NCBI GenBank assembly: GCA_964016885.1
Contig: OZ024743.1
Span: 260,276,001 to 260,340,000, forward strand
DNA length: 64,000 nt
Reading direction: 5' to 3'
Source of the DNA: Eledone cirrhosa
Lineage: Eukaryota
Position numbers and translations under genes: made by a program. Numbering within the stretch: position 1 is the first letter of the stretch; every line of letters begins with the position of its first letter. Under the pieces are notes generated by a model, which was given only the letters and a program-made list of their open reading frames with translations, made no database searches and was not told the DNA's origin. Of this stretch, positions 56,844 to 64,000 are shown piece by piece.

Positions 56844-57659
56844 TAGCAATTAACAGTGCTGCGATCGAATGTGGCTTTTTAGCCCTGCCAATGATCTAAA
56901 ATGACTTGCACAGAGTCGGCAACCAAAACATTCACTGAGAATAGCCGGCTGTGGTTGGAGTTCATGTACTTTTGCATGTCGTTTGAGCTGTCCTGCTGAT
57001 TTACACTCTCTACCACATACATACACACATACAAGATGTGCAGGCGTATATTACACGAAAGGATTTCATTCTTCAAAAGAGCGAATCACAGTTCTTTATT
57101 GCATAGTTATGAGGGAAACAAGAACTTCTAGCAATTAGAAAAATGATAACCCTTCGTTGTCTTAAACTTTTCTGCCTATTGCTTTCACATCATTTTGAAA
57201 GTAATCAGGAATTTGGAGTGAATTATAAATATAACTAACTTTCTCGTCATTTAGTTGGTATTTGGAACATAACTTAAGAAAGGTTCTTACATAAATTTAA
57301 AACAAACAGTTTTTTTATCATAAAACCAGCGTTGGTTTCAGGTGATTCGATATCAAAATGGTTAAAGGTGTCAAAATTACACATTTTCATTAATGTTCTA
57401 ACGCAAATGCTTGGAATACTACAGTTATTTTTAACAAGTGATTATTTAAGTGGCATTGTGAACTGAAGCAAAAAATCGTCCTATTAGTAGACAATTGTAT
57501 GGCACACAGAAATAATTTGTCATTAAAGAACATTAAAGTAATGTTCTTGCCTCGAAACACTACAAAGTTAATTCAAGCATATCAGTAAGACAGCACACAA
57601 GAGAAAATTATACGATTTTTTTTCCAGAATTGGATTTTTCTTCTTGATAGAGCTAAACC

Positions 57660-57960
57660 TTGATTTCCGAACTAAATGCCCTATCAAGTAACGTTACTCC
57701 ATAAGCCTTTTGGAAAAATCCTATTTCGGACGCATGTATTCGTGATCGTATACTTGGATTTTACACCTCACTCCCTTTTGATCAACCAGTGCTGAAGCTG
57801 GCGCATTACTGCTCCAACTCCTGCAATTCTTGCATTTAGTTCAGGCTCTTCGCTTCCATCTCGTGTGAAAACGCCCCTGAGACACATGAACCTCTCCACC
57901 TGCTTCAGTGTAACTCCACTCACATGCTGCGTACAGTACACAGTGGTTGTTGAGAGGACA
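57660..57960 (-). mobile_element. RTE-clade LINE fragment (same family as 30232-30830)
   Basis: LKQVERFMCLRGVFTRDGSEEPELNARIAGVGAVMRQL. Confidence 0.7.
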
Positions 57961-58155
57961 AGTGTGCCAGTCATTGCAGATTTAATTTCAATTCCTTTCG
58001 TGCAGCACTCAACAACAAACCTATCCACACAATTTCACTCACAAGATATTGATCAACCCGAGGCTATGTTAAAAGACACATGCCCAAGATGCCACCTAGC
58101 AGAAATGAAGCTAGAGGCAACTCCTTAACCAATCAGCCATGCCTGCGCTTATATA

Positions 58156-59348
58156 TCTCTCTATATATAAAACAGAGGATGTCTGTCTGTGTAAATCCTT
58201 AACACCCGAGAAGTACCCGACCGATTTTTTTCAAACTTTACACATGCGTTACTTATATTTCTTGAAGTGCAAATTTTAACTTTTTCTGCCTTAGGGCCCG
58301 CATCAGGCGAAAAACCGCATTTTAAAGGCATTTTTAGGCTTTTTTGAGGCGTAACTTAAAGATAATCCAGCCGATTTCCTCGAAATTTGCAGTACACATT
58401 AGTTAGCGCCCTCGCATTGCTGTGGACAAAAAGAACTTTCCGATTCCATTAATGGTTTCTAGGAAATTTACGAATTAGCATTGGGCATTTTCATTTTCAA
58501 TATAAACGCTACTTAAACATCGTAAGTAGCGTATAATATTTCGTCAAAAATTTGGTTTATTTAACAGAGGACACAACACTTACTTTTAAGCAGGGCCATT
58601 TTCGGGAGATTGAGGAAATGAGGAGGACCTTAACATTTTTGTCGATGCCCTGTTGACGCTTCGTGCTTTCATCAAGCGCAAATCCGGCCCTGTGTACGCT
58701 GCCGTGTTATTGTCACCGTAAAACTCACGTCTGTGCTACTTTTATTAAGACCCCCCTTTGTTGCACCTACACCGCAGTATGAACGGCCTGAGCAAATACA
58801 CCGAACAGCGGTTGTGCTAATTCAACGGTGACCTCCACTTAAAACTGTTGATGGTGACCCCAATAGTAACTCCGAAGCGTTCGGCATCCGATATAACAGT
58901 TCGGTCTATATCAGATTGGGTAGATTTACGAAGAGGCTATCGTCTCCTGTGGGGAAGGCCCAACATGCGGTGCAGTTGCATGACATGTCTTCCTCAAGCA
59001 TTGCCGGCTTTACTCTGTACACTATGCATGCAGGTGCAATAGACATGACTGGGTGCGAATCTATAAAACTCGAAAAGTACCTAACCGATTTTCTCCAAAT
59101 GGAAGAAAAATCATACTCTAAGATTTAGTACGCTTAAAGAGTATCCAGCTGATTTTCTTCAGATTTTGCACATGCATGCAGATGTTTCACGATTCGGGCC
59201 TGCTGGTGTTCTACGTTTCCAGTAGATGAACAATCATTCCCTGAGAATAAGGGAATTCAAAAGTATACAGCTACATTCCTCAATCTTTTCATATGCGTGT
59301 TGCTATTTCACGTTTCCTACCCAGTGCAACACCGGGTCCTGCTGCTAG
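58156..59348 (+). mobile_element. Non-autonomous Helitron
   Basis: A|TC 5' end, subterminal hairpin ACCCAGTG-caa-CACCGGGT (59319-59337) and CTAG|T 3' end. No TSD. An internal CCGATTTT-like motif is repeated. Confidence 0.75.
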
Positions 59349-59398
59349 TATATATATATATCTGTGTGTGTATGTGTGTGTGTGCGCGTATGTGTGTG

Positions 59399-59441
<43 letters not shown>

Positions 59442-59447
59442 GCGTGT

Positions 59448-59558
<111 letters not shown>

Positions 59559-60632
59559 TGCATATATAACCGTATAGATATACAATAGTGAAAGTATTTA
59601 ACCTGTTTAATTGAGAAACCAGATGAGAGAAAATAGTGAAAAAGAAAAAAAAGATAGAGGAAAATTAAATTCTCAAGAAAAGGGGTTTGATAGAGAGGGA
59701 GCGGGTAAACTCTACACTCTTGGCTGATTATACATTTTCGCTGTATCTCGCCGAAAGATGGCTTTTTTACAGAGTCAGGTTGTTCGCATTTTTCGAGCCA
59801 TTTGTGTCTTTTTCATTCACCTTCTAACAATGCAGTATATTTCTCATACCTCCATGTTTCCAGATCACGACAAAATATGATCGCAATCTAGCACATTCCA
59901 TTAAACAAGGGAAACATTTGTCCTTCAACATTTTATTCAAGTGAGGAGATCCGCCTACAAGTTATGTGACATATGCTTGAATGTTAATGTCCGTATCTTC
60001 TGATACGTTCAATAGATATGGAAGTACTTTGCAAACTAACGAACAGGTTTATTGTTTTCTGTCTGCCTCCTTGACCATTTTCAGGCAGGAATTTTCAGGT
60101 ACTTCTCGTCTCAAGAAATACATCTATTACAAAGTGATGCAGGGTTCTCGTCTCGCCTGGACGTCCTCAATTGTTTGTTTCTCCTGTTGTTTTCTCCTCC
60201 CAACGACCTTCCTGCCTCTAATAATTTATGCAAGAAATAGTGGGGTGTTACTTGTTGTCACGTAGATATTTCATACAAGCTAAATTGCATTTTATATAGA
60301 TTTAACTTGACAGAACTACTTGTTGAATCCAAAAGGTGAAAAGGGATGAATATATGCAAGAGTTTAGCGTATATCTACAGTTTCAATGATGTCAGAATAC
60401 CTTCGAAAATGGTTTGTGTCTTTAGTCATAAGTCGACTATACTTGTTGAGGAATCTGGAAAGAATGGAGAAAGAAATATGCATACATGAATATATAATAC
60501 TTGTTTCTAATCGAATTTTTGGACTAATGTATAATTCATCTTATCAATAGCCGAAATAAATTTAACTCGGAAGAAATCATTTAATTTAATTCTTTGATCT
60601 CTGACATATTCTCATTTTTATTCTATTTTCAG

Positions 60633-61295
60633 TTGCATATGTTTGTGATCAGCATTGATCGAGTTCTCCAGGCGGCCAACCCATATCGTTACTTACAAAG
60701 GGTGAATAACTTTGGTTCTACTCTTCTGCTATATATACCTTGGTTTGGTACAGTAATTACCGTCATGCCTATATATTTTCTCGGGTTTTCCAACAACACC
60801 AGCCCAATGTATTCCGAATGCAACTTTACCCTTAACCAACAGACAAATTTAGGTTTCCAGTGGCTTACGTTTGTGTTGAGCTTGATAACATCTATCAGTA
60901 CAGTGATTGTGGCCTTCTGCTTGCTTAAATCACGCGGTTTGATGGCGTATCGTCTGCTTACGAATGCCGATCGTCTGTTAATTCGTAGTTCATTGATTGC
61001 AGGTATAATTACCAACTGCATATTTGCATCAACTATATTCATTCTCAAATGCTTTCATCTACATCTGATGAGGACATCAGTTGAAAACAAAAGTAATATA
61101 CTGTGGGAATTTATCGAAATATATTCCTATTTGTCTTTATGCAGTGCCGGAATAATTCCAACATTTTGGTTTATTGATCGTGATATTAGGAATGCAGTTT
61201 CCAAAAAATTCAATGAAATGATTCTGAAAATATCCAAAAGTAGCAAAAAATCTGAAACAGAGAAGACTGTTCCTTTAGATTTCAATGACAACTGA
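60633..61295 (+). CDS. Class A GPCR, coding exon 2 (TM3 end with DRV to TM7, helix 8, C-tail; 220 aa + stop)
   Basis: Polypyrimidine tract with TTTCAG| acceptor, phase 0. Contains ISIDRV...PYRY, TM4 W (IPWF), ECL2 Cys (SECNF), TM7 IIPTFW and helix 8 DRDIRNA. Joining the exons gives the exact 25-residue spacing from C3.25 to R3.50. Confidence 0.88.
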   Translation: MHMFVISIDRVLQAANPYRYLQRVNNFGSTLLLYIPWFGTVITVMPIYFLGFSNNTSPMYSECNFTLNQQTNLGFQWLTFVLSLITSISTVIVAFCLLKSRGLMAYRLLTNADRLLIRSSLIAGIITNCIFASTIFILKCFHLHLMRTSVENKSNILWEFIEIYSYLSLCSAGIIPTFWFIDRDIRNAVSKKFNEMILKISKSSKKSETEKTVPLDFNDN

Positions 61296-61354
61296 CGAGA
61301 GAAGTAAGAAGAGTATTGTTTAAAGAAAGCATTTTAGTGTGCAGTAAACATCTG

Positions 61355-61360
61355 AATAAA
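61355..61360 (+). promoter_or_regulatory. Candidate polyadenylation signal of the GPCR
   Basis: AATAAA 60 nt after the stop codon, followed by T/GT-rich sequence. Confidence 0.45.
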
Positions 61361-62498
61361 ACAACTGTTATATTTTAAGTGGTGTTTATATATGGTGACA
61401 AAAAGGGGATCTAGGGCAAAGCATAAGAAATAAAGGCCATTTTCTTGAATACTACTGATGTTATTATTATTGTTGTTATTGTAGAGGCAATGGGTTGGCA
61501 GAATCGTCGGACAAAATGCTTAGAAGCATTTAATCTTGCCTCTTTACGTTCTGTATTTAAATTCCACCGCTGCTGCTGCTGTTGCTGCTGGTACATTGCC
61601 TGGAATGAGAAAAACTATTGCTCTTTCTCCAATGAATGTTCTTTCACACAGTTCATAGCTATTCTTATTTTGTGTCAAGAACCTTCTGGATAATTCTTGC
61701 TGATCCAATTAAACAACGTTTTTGCCGAACATCTGATTCCAGATTCATATCTAATATTTATTTCAAATTCTCACAGTTATCAAAATTCCAATGACAATTA
61801 TCAATATAATAATCTTGTCAACTTCATATTTTCAGGACTTAAGGATAATATTGTATTTCATGTCTTCATTTGTTAAACTCTGGTATCAATTGTTGAACCT
61901 CTTCAGCAGTTTAAATCTGGTATCAACTGTTTAACCTTTTTAGCTGTTTAACTCTGGTATCGATTCGGCATGCAACCTCAATGATCAGACACACTTCTTA
62001 TCAACGACTTCAATATCACGATTGTATTGCTGTATCTTCCTTTTGTATTAAAATGTCCCATAGAAGTCTCACTACCGTGTTTTCTAGAAGTTTCATTTAT
62101 ATTTCAACAATATGGCCATAGACAAATCTCTTGCAAAAAATTACAGTGTCTACAAGTTTTGTATTCATTTTGAGCTTACTACAAGCATTCTGACACTACA
62201 CATTCTATATGTGGATGAATAATCATATTTATCTATCATTTTCCTGATCCAATATACTTTTGGAGCCTGTTCCTGTACTGTTCAGATCAATTCCTCAGGC
62301 TCTTTCTTCAATACTCCTTTCTTTAACTAAACCAACCGTCCTTGTCCTTATGTATTACTTCTTTTTGAGAAACACTGAATGGAGTTTCTTGCCTGCAAAT
62401 TTTTTTTTTTACCTGTTTCTCTCTTTTTTTGTTTCATTTGGGCTCTACCAACTTTCTATATAACACTTCTCTTATTACTTCCTAAAAAGAGATCATCC

Positions 62499-62608
62499 TT
62501 CTTCTTCTTCTTCTTCTTCTTCTTCTTCTTCTTCTTCTTCTTCTTCTTCTTCTTCTTCTTCTTCTTCTTCTTCTTCTTCTTCTTCTTCTTCTTCTTCTTC
62601 TTCTTCTT

Positions 62609-62638
<30 letters not shown>
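62499..62638. repeat. (TTC)n microsatellite
   Basis: Perfect trinucleotide run. Confidence 0.95.
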
Positions 62639-62641
<3 letters not shown>

Positions 62642-63274
62642 AACATCAGTACCTTACCACTAATACTACCATCTCTGTAATTACCAAAATTATTATCATT
62701 ACCATTACTATCATATAAAACTGTAGAGTAAAGAGTATAAAACCTTGCTTGCTATGCCTTATCATGAGGCCTAATAAACCCGCGAGAGAATTGAAAGAGA
62801 ACCGCCATGGCACCTGAGGCATTTAAATGTAAACGAGGACCATCGCTCGTCAGGTTTGACCACATCCAATATTTTGGCCACAGAGAGGAGAGCCTGTGAT
62901 ATAGAGATAGAGAGAAAGATAAATAGAGAGAGAAAGAACGAAGGAAAAAGAGTGGATCAACGGACAAAATGTCGAGAGTCGATATTCAATTACGGCTATT
63001 AAATTTCAGAGATAAAATCTTAATTGTGTTGATTTTGCTTTCATTTCTCCAGAGTTGATGCTGCGGTCAGTCTTATTGAAAACTGACCCCAAATTTAGAG
63101 CCATGTCTTTACTTACAAATGCCCATATATTTACATTTACTGATATCTAAAAATACACAATTTATAGAAGTTTAAACTTTGATTCTGTTATAGTTTAAGT
63201 TTATAATTTCTCGGCTGGAAAAAAATTGTAACACATATATTACTTGCTTGCTTTTACTCCTAATGTAGTTGTCA

Positions 63275-63552
63275 GTGACGCCGTAGTGACATACAGTGTT
63301 TCTTAGACATCTTTTGAATCTAGCAGAGCCCATTCTCTCTCCACGTCTGAACACAGCATATTTGTTCCAGAAAAGGAGTGAAAGTGATATAGGAGAAGAA
63401 TCGACAGCATTACTGGACAGAGACTTTATTTATGGACCTAAAAAAATGCAAGAAAAACCTTGACCGGATTTGAACATAGAGCACACGGAGTCGGGAAGAC
63501 TACCGCAGAGTATTCTATCCGATGTTCTACCAATTCTGCCAATACGCCACCA
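63275..63552 (-). mobile_element. Degenerate long S2 SINE
   Basis: Reverse complement of the S2 tail (GCCGTAGTGACATAC) and head (GGATTTGAAC, TTCTGCCAAT..GCCACC). Confidence 0.6.
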
Positions 63553-63674
63553 CTACGCATATATTATATAGGGAAAAATACGATATAACTATTATGACTC
63601 ATTTTGCGCATATGGTTTATATTTTTAGCAAATTTATATCTGAATTTATTTATATTTAAATACATATATGTAGG

Positions 63675-63793
<119 letters not shown>

Positions 63794-63883
63794 CTCTCTG
63801 TGTGTGTGTGTGTGTGTGTGTAAATATATATATATATATGTATATGCATATATATATATATACTGTATATCTGTATATATATA

Positions 63884-63965
<82 letters not shown>

Positions 63966-64000
63966 GAAGTTCTATTTAAATTGTTGGGATACAACAAGCA

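Noticed and set aside
56879-57000. Possible nested antisense exon (QDSSNDMQKYMN...)
   Set aside because: Short, with no recognisable motif and no partner exon found.
60689-61048. 119-aa minus-strand ORF
   Set aside because: Antisense shadow of GPCR exon 2.

Overview
Eukaryotic, AT-rich, microsatellite-saturated genomic DNA. The repeat landscape suggests an invertebrate, probably a cephalopod such as Octopus (inference). Only one host gene is supported: a two-exon, 335-aa, highly divergent class A (rhodopsin-like) GPCR (50242-50586 joined to 60633-61295) with a ~10-kb intron. The rest is mostly repeats. These include about 25 tRNA-derived SINE copies, a 5'-truncated Penelope-like element (RT C-terminus plus GIY-YIG) framed by ~795-bp inverted repeats, and decayed RTE, R4/Dong-like and CRE-like LINE fragments. 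There is also a non-autonomous Helitron, piggyBac-like relics, minisatellites and many simple repeats. Two patterns stand out. (1) Many short inserts inside (TA)n tracts carry minimal hammerhead-ribozyme motifs, often as fold-back palindromes centred on the ribozyme core. (2) A (TACA)n hotspot in the GPCR intron has been filled by repeated insertions of a ~610-bp non-autonomous retroelement, with a possible HDV-like fold at its fixed 5' end, and by an R4/Dong-like LINE in the opposite orientation. Nearly all other ORFs in the track are simple-repeat artefacts. Repeat boundaries were read by eye and are approximate.
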